The notes: generated by a model not told the origin, from the letters alone. Positions 1 through 9,730 are shown, counted from the stretch's first letter. The stretch is DNA of 64,000 nt from an uncultured Pelagibacteraceae bacterium (GCA_902525935.1 CABZJA010000004.1:19831-83830); one strand, 5' to 3'. Translations and numbers: made by a program.

Positions 1-989
1 GGGATCTTTCAAGTTTTAGAAATTCATCTAAATTGCTTCCGTTACACATGTTTTCAAATGGAGATTTGATTTTAGGTAATTATGAGAATAAGGGTATTTA
101 TAGAATTAATAAAAATGGACAAATTTTATGGAAAAGAAATAAAATAAATCATCATTGGGTAGATATTTCTAATGGAAAAATTTTTATTCCATCAAGAAAA
201 TTTGTTAATCTTCCAGGAGACTTAAATAATAATTTACTTTCGAAAAGCTTTTTAAAAAATTGTAAAACTAAAAACTCTATTTTTGATACTATTTTAATTT
301 TAAATGAAATTAATGGTAAAATAATAGACGAAATAGATTTAATGGAAAAAATATTATTAGATAGGAATATAAATATCATATTTAATACAGTTTATAAATT
401 TGACCCAGCTATTTGTAACGATCCACTTCACTTAAATGATATACAAGTTGTTGATAAAGATGACTTAAAATTAATTAATAATTTAATACCTAATATTTCA
501 GAAAATGATTTAATTTTATCATTTAGATCAATAAATACTATTATTTTTTATGATTATAAAAAATCTATTGTAAAAAATATTATTTATAATTTATTTGATA
601 AACAACATTCACCTAGAATTCATACAGATGGTTTTTTATATGTTTTTGATAATAATCCAAATGGCAAAAGTTCTAAAATATTAAAAATAAATTTAAAAAA
701 TAATTCAATAGACTCATTTTTCCAGTCTGATACATTTAAGTCTGATGTGAGAGGCAGAATTCAATTCTTTAAAAACCAATTGTTTGTACAAAGTTCATCT
801 CAGGGTGAAGTTTTCAAAATTATATGTAAAAGTAAATTTTTTGAACTATGCGAACAACAATATGTTTATTCTTCTAATTTTTCATTTTTTTACCCGTCAA
901 ACTTGTATGATTCATCGAAAACATTTAAAAAAGACCAAATATATTTAGCTGATTTTTATGATAAGAATTACATTAATTTTTTGGATTAA
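1..989 (+). CDS. Arylsulfotransferase (ASST)-family beta-propeller protein, 5'-truncated by window edge
   Basis: Frame is open from position 3; motifs HHWVD, DPLHLNDIQ, LSFRSIN, QHSP, FDN typical of ASST/Arylsulfotran_2. Confidence 0.7.
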   Translation, partial: DLSSFRNSSKLLPLHMFSNGDLILGNYENKGIYRINKNGQILWKRNKINHHWVDISNGKIFIPSRKFVNLPGDLNNNLLSKSFLKNCKTKNSIFDTILILNEINGKIIDEIDLMEKILLDRNINIIFNTVYKFDPAICNDPLHLNDIQVVDKDDLKLINNLIPNISENDLILSFRSINTIIFYDYKKSIVKNIIYNLFDKQHSPRIHTDGFLYVFDNNPNGKSSKILKINLKNNSIDSFFQSDTFKSDVRGRIQFFKNQLFVQSSSQGEVFKIICKSKFFELCEQQYVYSSNFSFFYPSNLYDSSKTFKKDQIYLADFYDKNYINFLD

Positions 990-1209
990 AATTTTAATCA
1001 TAATTTTATTATATAACATATGCATACACCAAAATTTGTATGCTTATGCTGGTTTGGGTCCTTTAATTCCTATTATAGCAAATGTTATTGTTTATATATT
1101 CTTGTTTGTTGTGGCAGTTCTTGGAGTAATTATTTACCCCATCAAGCTTTTTTTAAATAAATTCAAAAAAAAAAATAAAAATACAGACAACAAAAGTTCA
1201 AAAAAATAA
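958..1209 (+). CDS. Small membrane protein: signal peptide, YAGLGP motif, one TM helix, Lys-rich tail
   Basis: 83 aa ORF; LYA|YAGLGPLIP followed by a hydrophobic stretch and KKKNK tail; same architecture as 8645..8881. Confidence 0.7.
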   Translation: MIRITLIFWIKILIIILLYNICIHQNLYAYAGLGPLIPIIANVIVYIFLFVVAVLGVIIYPIKLFLNKFKKKNKNTDNKSSKK

Positions 1210-1217
1210 TTTATTTA

Positions 1218-1478
1218 TAGGGGCGTTCTGTTGCCAGGTGCCCCAGACCCCGTAACTTAATTAATAAATTAATTAAGCTGCAAGTGCGTAACTTTCGTTA
1301 GCATTTATAATTTAGTCCTTTGCGGTGGAACAATACCGAACGAAAGAACAACTTTTAGTCATCCGTCGATCCTAATTCACCCCCATAAGTTGTAATTGGT
1401 GGAGGTGGTGGGTACTGCCCCCACGTCCGTAATGGTTATTACGAAATTCGTTTATCGTCATAGTTGGAAAACCAACAT
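1218..1478 (-). ncRNA. ssrA: tmRNA, circularly permuted two-piece type
   Basis: Minus strand: T-arm/acceptor end GGACGTGGGGGCAGTACCCACCACCTCCACCA (CCA at 1399-1397), 12-nt intervening segment, then GGGGGTGAATTAGGATCGAC (from 1384); tag reading frame 1302-1273 encodes ANESYALAA*. Outer ends approximate. Confidence 0.95.
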
Positions 1479-1520
1479 TATTAATATAAAACCAATTTTA
1501 ACAGATTCAATAAATTATTC

Positions 1521-2468
1521 ATGAAGTTAACTAAAGAACAAATAAAAGAAATAAAAGAGCAACAATCGCAACAAAATTCAACAAAAAGAGTTACAGCTCC
1601 AGAACTTGAAAAAATACTTTATGATGTAATTCCTATATTAGATCATGGTTTTATAAGGGTAGTTGACTATATGGGGGATGATACTTCCATAGTTCAGTCT
1701 GCAAGAGTTTCATATGGAAAAGGCACTAAAAAAGTTTCTACAGACTCAGGATTAATAAAATATTTAATGAGACATTGGCATAGTACGCCATTTGAAATGT
1801 GTGAAATAAAATATCATGTGAAGTTACCAATATTCATTGCAAGACAATGGATTAGACATCGAACTGCAAATGTAAATGAGTACTCGGCCAGATATTCTAT
1901 TTTGGATAAAGAATTTTATTTACCTGATCCAAAACATCTTGCCGCTCAATCACAAAGCAATAGACAGGGTAGAGGTAATATTTTAGATGGAGAAAGGGCA
2001 AAAAAAATTTTAGATTTACTTAAAGGAGATGCTGAGCAAACTTACAATAATTATGAGACTATGCTCAATGAAAGATATGACGGGACAACTATTGATGAAA
2101 ATTCTGTTGGTTTGGCAAGAGAGCTTGCTAGAATGAATTTAACTTTAAATACCTACACCCAATGGTACTGGAAAACAGATTTACTAAATTTGATGAATTT
2201 CTTGAGATTAAGAGCAGATCATCATGCTCAATTTGAGATTAGAGCTTACGCTGATGCTATGCTCGATACTTTAAAAAAATGGGTCCCAATAACTTATGAA
2301 GCTTTCATGGATTACAGGGTTGGTGGCACAGAAGTTTCTTCAAAAGGTAAAAATATAATTCAAAAACTTATAAAGGGTCAAAATATTTCATTAGATAATT
2401 CGGGTTTATCAAAAAGAGAATGGAATGAGCTTATGGACGCTTTCGATCTCAAAGATAAGTTAGTCTAA
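1521..2468 (+). CDS. thyX: FAD-dependent thymidylate synthase
   Basis: [26 protein letters not shown] ThyX motif, [12 protein letters not shown]. Confidence 0.97.
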   Translation: MKLTKEQIKEIKEQQSQQNSTKRVTAPELEKILYDVIPILDHGFIRVVDYMGDDTSIVQSARVSYGKGTKKVSTDSGLIKYLMRHWHSTPFEMCEIKYHVKLPIFIARQWIRHRTANVNEYSARYSILDKEFYLPDPKHLAAQSQSNRQGRGNILDGERAKKILDLLKGDAEQTYNNYETMLNERYDGTTIDENSVGLARELARMNLTLNTYTQWYWKTDLLNLMNFLRLRADHHAQFEIRAYADAMLDTLKKWVPITYEAFMDYRVGGTEVSSKGKNIIQKLIKGQNISLDNSGLSKREWNELMDAFDLKDKLV

Positions 2469-4112
2469 ATCATCCAATTTTTTAACAATCCCATAGTTAT
2501 TTCCTTGAGTTTCATAATAACCGACTAAATGCTTCTCAATTACAAGCTTTGGAGAAGTGTTTGTGGCACATGATAAAGCTAATCTTATACCATTGATGTT
2601 TCCAATAGTATTTGAAAGATATTTTTTACATACATTATTAATCTTTATAGAATTGAAATGTTTAAGTCTTTTAAGTGCATTCTTTTTTGTAAATCCACTG
2701 TCTTTCAAATTTCCAGTTTCATCAAACTCAAATCCATGATCTCCCTGCATAATCACTATTGCTTCGGGATCATTTTGATTAATATATTTCATGAATTCTT
2801 CTATTTTTTTTAAACTACATAAGTAACTCTCTTTGTATCCCAAAAAATTATTATCAACATGTGAATCGTCTATTCTTTCAGAACAATCATTGCTAAAAAC
2901 ATAGGGCCAGTGAGGAGCCATGTGATGAATAAAATAGAAATAATTGTTTTTTTTAGAAATATCAGATTTTTTTATGGAGTTTAAAAATTTACCAATTCCA
3001 TCGTTGGTTTTGTATTCCCACTGAAAGTATTTTTCTTCCTTATAAAAAATTTTCTTAAAATTAAAAATTATTGGTTTAATAAATGTTAAACTTAAAAAAT
3101 AATCATAAACATAATTATTATTTGGATTAAGCTCGTAGTAAATTTCTAAATTATTTTCTTTGGTTTCATCATTATAGCTTAAGCAAAAAGTTTTATCATA
3201 TCTAATACACTCTGCCCAAGGGGTTCCTACCCATTTAAATTTATAATTTATTGAACTTAGAGTTTTTAATAAAAGAGGATAATTTTCAGAGTTTTTATCA
3301 AGAAGGTTTGAGGGAAAAAAATTTGATCTATCTTTATATTTTGGCGAATTTGGCAAAACCACAGGGTTAAGATTAAAAATAGAGCTAAAGCTTAAATAGG
3401 ATGTAGTAAATACAGATTTAGACCTTTTTATGTAGGTTAGCTGCAATTCAGATAACTTTTTATAGGTTTCATTTAGGTTAAAATTTAACTCTTTGTTTTG
3501 TAAATTAAATTCTTCCAAAGACGTCATTCCATCAAATAAAATCAAATAAATATTTTTATTTTTGTTTTTTTTAATTCCATCAATTTCTTCTTCTGTAAAG
3601 TAAGAATTAATATATTTTTTACTTTCTGATGAATTTGATAATAAGCTTTGATTTTTGTATTTATAATTTTGAAAAATTTCTATGAAAGATACCAACAGTA
3701 TAAAAACAAAATAAAAAATTATATAAAATTTTAAGAACTTTAGTAGTGTAGATTGATTTCTCAATATAAATATAAAAAAAGTTCCTAATATTATTATTAA
3801 AAAAGATAATTCTCCATCGTAAGGTATTTTTATTTCACTTAATAAGTGTTTTATTGAACTAAATTTAAAGAATAGATATTGTGTACAGAAATAAAGGACA
3901 AGCAAATCATTAATATTTTTAAAAAATTTTTTAAGAATTACTAAAACAATTAATAATAAAAAAAAACTTATGAGGAAAATACTTGTGGTATCCTTTAAAA
4001 TTACGTAGTCAATTTGGGCTAAATTTTTACTTATAAACTCTATATATGGAATACTAACCCCAATAATTGAAAAAAAAAAAATATTTGTTAATTTTTTAAT
4101 AGAAGATTTCAT
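2460..4112 (-). CDS. Membrane-anchored sulfatase-like / LTA-synthase-like (alkaline phosphatase superfamily) protein
   Basis: About 5 N-terminal TM segments; [30 protein letters not shown] motifs. Confidence 0.75.
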   Translation of the reverse strand: MKSSIKKLTNIFFFSIIGVSIPYIEFISKNLAQIDYVILKDTTSIFLISFFLLLIVLVILKKFFKNINDLLVLYFCTQYLFFKFSSIKHLLSEIKIPYDGELSFLIIILGTFFIFILRNQSTLLKFLKFYIIFYFVFILLVSFIEIFQNYKYKNQSLLSNSSESKKYINSYFTEEEIDGIKKNKNKNIYLILFDGMTSLEEFNLQNKELNFNLNETYKKLSELQLTYIKRSKSVFTTSYLSFSSIFNLNPVVLPNSPKYKDRSNFFPSNLLDKNSENYPLLLKTLSSINYKFKWVGTPWAECIRYDKTFCLSYNDETKENNLEIYYELNPNNNYVYDYFLSLTFIKPIIFNFKKIFYKEEKYFQWEYKTNDGIGKFLNSIKKSDISKKNNYFYFIHHMAPHWPYVFSNDCSERIDDSHVDNNFLGYKESYLCSLKKIEEFMKYINQNDPEAIVIMQGDHGFEFDETGNLKDSGFTKKNALKRLKHFNSIKINNVCKKYLSNTIGNINGIRLALSCATNTSPKLVIEKHLVGYYETQGNNYGIVKKLDDLD

Positions 4113-5106
4113 TTTTCAATTTATCTACATTCATTTTTTGTGGAATTTTAATATAATTTACAAGATTGTCGATTTCTTCTTTTTTAAAAATAATTGTTAC
4201 TTTAGGTCTCATTTGTTTTTCAAAAGATTCATTTCCTAAAAATATTTTTGCTTTATTATTTTTTTTTTCAGAAGTTTCTATGATTAAAGGTCTTTTTTCT
4301 TTTAGATAAAAAAACTCAAACATTATTCCCGACCAATCAGTAATTAAGTTTTTATAGGGATATAAGTTTAAATTTGAAGATTCATCTAATTTTAAATTTT
4401 TTTCTTTTATTAAATTTAAATTAAACTCTTTTTTTTTCACCGACATAGGGTGTGGTCTAAAAACATAACTTATATTATTTTTTATTAATTTATTGACCAA
4501 TTTAAAAAGAAATTCGTCATTGTAAAAATTTGTATTCCACGTTGGGGCAATAAGAACATCATAGTTGACTGAGGTATTTATATAGATATTTTTTAGATAA
4601 TTACATTTAGATTTAAAAATTTTTATTTTTTTTTTTAATTCTCTATTAATTTTTTTTATATCTTGAGTTTGAAATTTATTGATACAGTTTACAACATCAA
4701 AGTTTTTAAAAGCATTTTCATCATATGCATTTATTAGACCAACGGGTGAATGTTGAAGATAAATATACTTTGTGTTTTTAAAAAAAGACTTTTTACATAT
4801 ATTGTAACCTATTCCAGGGGTTGACGTATAAAAAAACTTGATTCTAATTATATAAAAAAAAAGCTCTAAAAAAAAATTTGTATTAAAAAAATAATAATTT
4901 TTGCTATCCACATCAATCTTATTGAATGATACAATTATTGTGTTTTCGTTATTAACGTAATTTTTTATATAATTATATATATAATTATTTTCACAAAAAA
5001 AAATTCTTTTGTATTCTTTTTCGATTTTTTTATAATGAATAATTTTTAATATATCTTGCGAAATTTTTCTTATCTTTTCCTTTATCGAACTCATACCATG
5101 GACCAT
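4096..5106 (-). CDS. CDP-glycerol glycerophosphotransferase (TagF/TagB-like) family protein; true start uncertain
   Basis: YLQHS, VLIAPTW, FRPHP, LITDWSGIMFEF motifs. Confidence 0.75.
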   Translation of the reverse strand: MVHGMSSIKEKIRKISQDILKIIHYKKIEKEYKRIFFCENNYIYNYIKNYVNNENTIIVSFNKIDVDSKNYYFFNTNFFLELFFYIIRIKFFYTSTPGIGYNICKKSFFKNTKYIYLQHSPVGLINAYDENAFKNFDVVNCINKFQTQDIKKINRELKKKIKIFKSKCNYLKNIYINTSVNYDVLIAPTWNTNFYNDEFLFKLVNKLIKNNISYVFRPHPMSVKKKEFNLNLIKEKNLKLDESSNLNLYPYKNLITDWSGIMFEFFYLKEKRPLIIETSEKKNNKAKIFLGNESFEKQMRPKVTIIFKKEEIDNLVNYIKIPQKMNVDKLKNEIFY

Positions 5107-5776
5107 TGTATTTCAAAATTTTTACATCAAACTTGTTATTAATTAGTTTATTTATTAATTTAGTTCCATCTAGTTTATTGAGTTTTTTTATTTTAATAAA
5201 TTTAACTATCTTTTTTTTCAAATTTTTAGGTATAAATATTAATCCCATGTATTGATACTTTACATCAGAAATATTAGATATCTTTCCCCCAATTTCAGTA
5301 ACATAGTTTCTCTTCGTTGCCAAATTTTCAGCATCTTCTAAAATATTTTCCTTGCGATAATTCCAAACTATATTCCATTTTAAAAGAACCGGTAACAAAA
5401 TTTTATCACCCTTTTTTTTATTTATTAATTTTAATAGACTTTTTTTATAGTAAATATCTGAGTAAGAAATAAGAAGATCGTTATGTTTGGGAGTACTTAA
5501 TAAAGCCAAATAAATAGAATAAGATATATTTGATGTTTTATAATTATTATTTTTTATAAATTTTATTTCTAAATGTTTTAAATTTTTAAAATGCTTCTCA
5601 ATATATTCTCCATTATGACCAGTTACAATATTTATATTTTTAATATTTGATTTAACTGCATTTTCAACAAGATTCATTATCAAACTTTTTTTATATACTT
5701 TAAGTAAACATTTATGCTTTAATTTAGCCTTTGATAATCTGGTACCCATTCCAGCAGCTAAAAAAACAATGTCCAT
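5030..5776 (-). CDS. Nucleotidyltransferase, LicC/Cj1416-like (putative CTP:phosphoglutamine cytidylyltransferase)
   Basis: LAAGMGTRL, KHKCL, SYSDIYY, QYMGL, WYEFD; context with glutamine kinase and GATase. Confidence 0.8.
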   Translation of the reverse strand: MDIVFLAAGMGTRLSKAKLKHKCLLKVYKKSLIMNLVENAVKSNIKNINIVTGHNGEYIEKHFKNLKHLEIKFIKNNNYKTSNISYSIYLALLSTPKHNDLLISYSDIYYKKSLLKLINKKKGDKILLPVLLKWNIVWNYRKENILEDAENLATKRNYVTEIGGKISNISDVKYQYMGLIFIPKNLKKKIVKFIKIKKLNKLDGTKLINKLINNKFDVKILKYNGPWYEFDKGKDKKNFARYIKNYSL

Positions 5777-5779
5777 TTT

Positions 5780-6373
5780 TTACTTTAAAAATGATTTTAG
5801 AATAATATTAATTTTATTCTGATCTTTATTAAATCTTTCTGGATGAAACATTGATAAAATTATTTTATATTTGTTTGAAATAGCAAGTTCTATAGATTTG
5901 TCATTGTGAAAAAAAACTTCATTAAATATTTTTGGTAGTCTTTTTATCGAAAAATTGTGAAATGAATTAACATTTAATTTCATCTTTGAGTTTGAAATAA
6001 TATGATGCTTATTTACATGATTTTTAACTTTAAATAACTTTGACTTGTAAACTTTTTTGGCTATTAACTGATAACCTCGACAAATACAAATAATAGGAAC
6101 CTTTTTCAAAAATTTCCTAAATACTTTAATTTCAAAATTATCTCTTTTTAAATCAGTATTATTTTTTGAAATATCGTATATATCTCCACCACCAGATATA
6201 AATATACATTTAGGTTTTAAACTTTGAATAAGTTGTAAGTTAGTTTCATTTATAATTAGTACATTATAATTTAGTTTTTTTAGAAAATTTATCCAATTTT
6301 GATCAATTTCAATTCTTTCATAATTGTATTTAGATATTGAGAATTTGGGAGTTACACACACTAAATTTTTCAT
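5780..6373 (-). CDS. Class I glutamine amidotransferase-like hydrolase (peptidase C26; Cj1417-like gamma-glutamyl-CDP-amidate hydrolase)
   Basis: ISGGGD, ICRGYQ nucleophile, NSFHN, FHPER; ATG at 6373 overlaps upstream TGA (ATGA). Confidence 0.8.
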   Translation of the reverse strand: MKNLVCVTPKFSISKYNYERIEIDQNWINFLKKLNYNVLIINETNLQLIQSLKPKCIFISGGGDIYDISKNNTDLKRDNFEIKVFRKFLKKVPIICICRGYQLIAKKVYKSKLFKVKNHVNKHHIISNSKMKLNVNSFHNFSIKRLPKIFNEVFFHNDKSIELAISNKYKIILSMFHPERFNKDQNKINIILKSFLK

Positions 6374-8658
6374 ATTATTTTTATTTTTTTTCTCATACAA
6401 TCTATCTCAACTATATTATTGTTTTTAAAATTATCTATTAAATTACCCATTCCTATAATTGCAGGCACATTTAATTCTTCACATCTAATAGCCATATGTG
6501 AATTTGGTCCACCATATTTTGTAATTAAACCTGAAATTTTGTAAGAAAAAAGAAAATCGTAACCTGGATCAGCATTTTCTATAACAACTATTTTATTAGT
6601 TAATTTAGAAACTATATTTAAGTTCCTTTTTTTTTCTAAACAAATAATAGATGAAACAATTTTCTTATTTGTAATATAATTTGGCTTACTTCGTTGTTCT
6701 TCAAAAAAATATATATCTTTGTAACTATTTATTGTATCTGGCAGTTTAATTAAAGATAATTTTTTATAATTAAGTAAATTCAAATTTATATTATTCAAAA
6801 TTATTTTTCTAAACTTTGTTAAACTTAAATCTGAATTTGCATTTAGTATAATGTTATAATCTAGATACTTAATTTTTTTTTCGTTTATTTTAATTTTTTT
6901 GAAAAATTTTTTTAAATTTGAAAAAATATAATCAATTGATCTAGAGAACTCTAATTTAAATTCCTCTCTTAAAGCGATAGTCAATTTAATATATTGTATC
7001 AATTCTTCAGCCTTTAAAATTTTTCCTATTTTAAGCTCTATCTTTTTCTTAAGTTTTTCTGATAATATAAAATTAGTCTCTTTCTTCAAAACTTTTAAAT
7101 TTTTAAAATCAAAATAATTTTTAAAGTTTTCTTTATAATTTTTGCTATCTATATCATAAGTTGATGGTCGTAAATGCCCATAACTTTCCAAGAAGTTTTT
7201 TTTTGATATTTTGTTAATACTTAAATAATAAAGATTTTTATTAATTTCTTTAGAAACAGTCGATATATTTGAAAAAAAAATATCTCTAATTTCTCTATTC
7301 ATATATCCTTTTATTAACCAACTCTCCAAAATAGATTTTGAAATAAAAGCTTTTCTAGCCATTGATGCAAAAGGTAAAATACCATTTTTTTTACAATTAT
7401 AGGTATGTAAAAAAATTTTTTGTAAATTTGAAATATTTTTACTCTCAATCTCAAAAATTTTTTTATTTAAATCCTCAATTTCAAGCTTCTCATTTTCAAT
7501 TTTTCTTAAGTTAAGATTTTCAATGGTAATCTTTTTTAAATAAAAGTAAAATTTCTCTTTTTCCTGCTTACTTAAAAATGATAATTTTTTTTTAGAAAAA
7601 AAATTGAAAAAAGTAGGGATTGTGAAAAATTCAACTTTATCATGATAATAATTATTTTTTCGCAAAAAATTTATAAAGTAATTAATTATTTTTTTAGAAA
7701 TATGCTTATCTAATTTTGATGGTAAAAAGGAATTAAAGTCTACTCTTACATCTATATATGGAGACCCGCCTAAATTATACATTAATGGATATGGTCTAAC
7801 ATCTTTATAGCCAAACATTTTTCTTTGTTTTGACCAATTATCATCTGTTACCAAACTTTTATATAAAGATATTGCAAGAGGGTATGGTTTGACTCCTATT
7901 ATTTCTGCAGGGTTCCAATCTGCCATGTTGCTAAGCATATTTTTTTTACCAAATAAGCCAGGTTGTTCCTTAAAAATATTAATTATCTTTTTTTCAATAT
8001 TTTCCATTTCTTTGTTTAGTTCTATCGTTTTTATTTTTTTTAAAAGCTTTCTGCATTGAAATAAGAAAAAAAATTTTCCTTTTCTGGCAAACTCAATGTC
8101 TAGCCTTTCATTTTTGAAAATTTTTTCTAAGTAAGAAATAATTTTTACTAATTCTCTAAATTTTCTAGGAACATATCTCAATGATCTATGTATATAAAAG
8201 GTCTTCATAGTAGGATTGTATTTTCCAGAAGTTATAAGATTGGTTTTTTTTGAATTATCCAAATTTATTACTATATATGGGGCGTTATCATTAAGACATC
8301 TTGTAAATATTACACCTGATGAATCTGGTTTTTTAATAAATGTTTGGACTATAAATTGATCATTACTTTTAATTTTATCGCAAACAAAATTAATAGCCTT
8401 AGATAGTTCTCTAGAATTTAATTTTGACAGACATGAAGAATATTTTCCTGCATTTGTTTTATTTTCAACATCCTCGTCATTCGCGCATGATCTGATTATT
8501 ACATCTTTATCAAAAAAGTTTAATATTTTGTTTAAAATTTTTATTCTACTTTTAAGATAGATTTTTTTCTTAAAAATTAAAAGCTTTGGAATAATTAGGT
8601 TATTAGGTAATTTTTTATTTTTTAAATAAAGTAATGTTGTGCCTTTATTTAATTTCAT
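6370..8658 (-). CDS. PEP-utilising-fold enzyme, Cj1418-like L-glutamine kinase
   Basis: N-terminal ATP-grasp (IIRSCANDED, NAGKY, DIEFA, LFQCR), MADWNPAEIIG, YGHLRPSTYDI, C-terminal phosphohistidine GGPNSHMAIRCEEL. Confidence 0.85.
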   Translation of the reverse strand: MKLNKGTTLLYLKNKKLPNNLIIPKLLIFKKKIYLKSRIKILNKILNFFDKDVIIRSCANDEDVENKTNAGKYSSCLSKLNSRELSKAINFVCDKIKSNDQFIVQTFIKKPDSSGVIFTRCLNDNAPYIVINLDNSKKTNLITSGKYNPTMKTFYIHRSLRYVPRKFRELVKIISYLEKIFKNERLDIEFARKGKFFFLFQCRKLLKKIKTIELNKEMENIEKKIINIFKEQPGLFGKKNMLSNMADWNPAEIIGVKPYPLAISLYKSLVTDDNWSKQRKMFGYKDVRPYPLMYNLGGSPYIDVRVDFNSFLPSKLDKHISKKIINYFINFLRKNNYYHDKVEFFTIPTFFNFFSKKKLSFLSKQEKEKFYFYLKKITIENLNLRKIENEKLEIEDLNKKIFEIESKNISNLQKIFLHTYNCKKNGILPFASMARKAFISKSILESWLIKGYMNREIRDIFFSNISTVSKEINKNLYYLSINKISKKNFLESYGHLRPSTYDIDSKNYKENFKNYFDFKNLKVLKKETNFILSEKLKKKIELKIGKILKAEELIQYIKLTIALREEFKLEFSRSIDYIFSNLKKFFKKIKINEKKIKYLDYNIILNANSDLSLTKFRKIILNNINLNLLNYKKLSLIKLPDTINSYKDIYFFEEQRSKPNYITNKKIVSSIICLEKKRNLNIVSKLTNKIVVIENADPGYDFLFSYKISGLITKYGGPNSHMAIRCEELNVPAIIGMGNLIDNFKNNNIVEIDCMRKKIKII

Positions 8659-8881
8659 TATTTTTATGATTGTCCTTATCTTTATGCTTTGAAAAAAATC
8701 TTAAAAAAAATTTTTTTATTTTATAATAAAACATAGACAAAAACGCAAAAACACCTGCTAAAAATGATAAAATAATACTTCCTGTATAAGGATCTAAATA
8801 AGCATAAGCATTAACAGTTGAAAAAAAATAAAGTATAATAATTACTTTAAAGAAATTAAACATTTTCAATGTATATTTCAA
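8645..8881 (-). CDS. Small membrane protein with AYA|YLDPYTGS motif, TM helix and basic tail
   Basis: 78 aa; signal-peptide-like N-terminus; overlaps start of the glutamine kinase gene, so it is the first gene of the island operon. Confidence 0.75.
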   Translation of the reverse strand: MKYTLKMFNFFKVIIILYFFSTVNAYAYLDPYTGSIILSFLAGVFAFLSMFYYKIKKFFLRFFSKHKDKDNHKNNEIK

Positions 8882-8902
8882 TTTTTAAAAAAAATATAGA
8901 TT

Positions 8903-9730
8903 TTAAATTTTATATTTTTCATTAATTTTTTTCGCTAAATTTATAAATATTTTTGATGCCTTGTCTTCTGGTAAAGATTGTACAATCGGTTTGCCCAGAT
9001 CTCCATATTTACCGATATTTGGATAAATAGGAATTTCTCCTAAAAATTCTTTATTAAATTCTTCGGCAGCTTTTTTTACTCCTCCTTCACCAAATATAGA
9101 ATATTTTTTTCCATCGTCACCTATAAAATGACACATGTTATCAACCAAACCTATAATTTTAACTTTTAGTTTATCAAACATTTTAATTCCCCTTTTCACA
9201 TCTTGAAGAGCAATTTCTTGTGGAGTAGATATGATTATTACTCCATCCACATTTATTTCTTGTGCAAATGTTAATTGTGTATCACCAGTTCCTGGTGGCA
9301 TATCAACAATTAAAAAATCTAAATTTTCCCACAAAACTTTTTGTGTAAAAGTTTTTATGGCAGAAATTACCATTGGACCCCTCCAAATCATTGGTGTTTG
9401 CTCTTCTGTTAAAAATCCTATGGACATACATTGAATTCCATATTTTAAAATTGGCTTTAATTTTTGCCCATCGCTTTCAGGCTTTTCATTTATTGAAAAT
9501 AATTTTGGCAATGATGGTCCATATATATCGGCGTCTAGCAAACCAATATTTAAGTCCATTTTTTTTAGTGCCAAAGCTAGATTCGAGGCAAAAGTAGACT
9601 TTCCAACACCTCCTTTGGCACTCGAAATTGCAATTGTAAACTTTGTTCCAATAATTGGGTTTCTTCTAAAGGTTTTTGGCTCAGTTTTAGCTTTCATTGT
9701 GTCACTTAAACCTACTTTTTTATTGCTCAT
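8903..9730 (-). CDS. mrp: Mrp/ApbC Fe-S cluster carrier ATPase
   Basis: KGGVGKST, DADIYGPS, WRGPM, DMPPGTGD. Confidence 0.93.
   Translation of the reverse strand: MSNKKVGLSDTMKAKTEPKTFRRNPIIGTKFTIAISSAKGGVGKSTFASNLALALKKMDLNIGLLDADIYGPSLPKLFSINEKPESDGQKLKPILKYGIQCMSIGFLTEEQTPMIWRGPMVISAIKTFTQKVLWENLDFLIVDMPPGTGDTQLTFAQEINVDGVIIISTPQEIALQDVKRGIKMFDKLKVKIIGLVDNMCHFIGDDGKKYSIFGEGGVKKAAEEFNKEFLGEIPIYPNIGKYGDLGKPIVQSLPEDKASKIFINLAKKINEKYKI

Noticed and set aside
1380-1430. tRNA-like T-arm and CCA suggesting a tRNA gene or att site
   Set aside because: Explained by the tmRNA acceptor piece; no anticodon arm, no duplicated copy and no integrase seen
1521-2468. thyX as a phage-derived gene indicating a prophage
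   Set aside because: No phage structural or replication genes nearby; thyX is a normal chromosomal gene in this lineage
6370-8658. Annotation as PEP synthase / pyruvate phosphate dikinase
   Set aside because: Lacks a C-terminal pyruvate-binding barrel; the phosphohistidine domain is terminal and the context matches glutamine kinase
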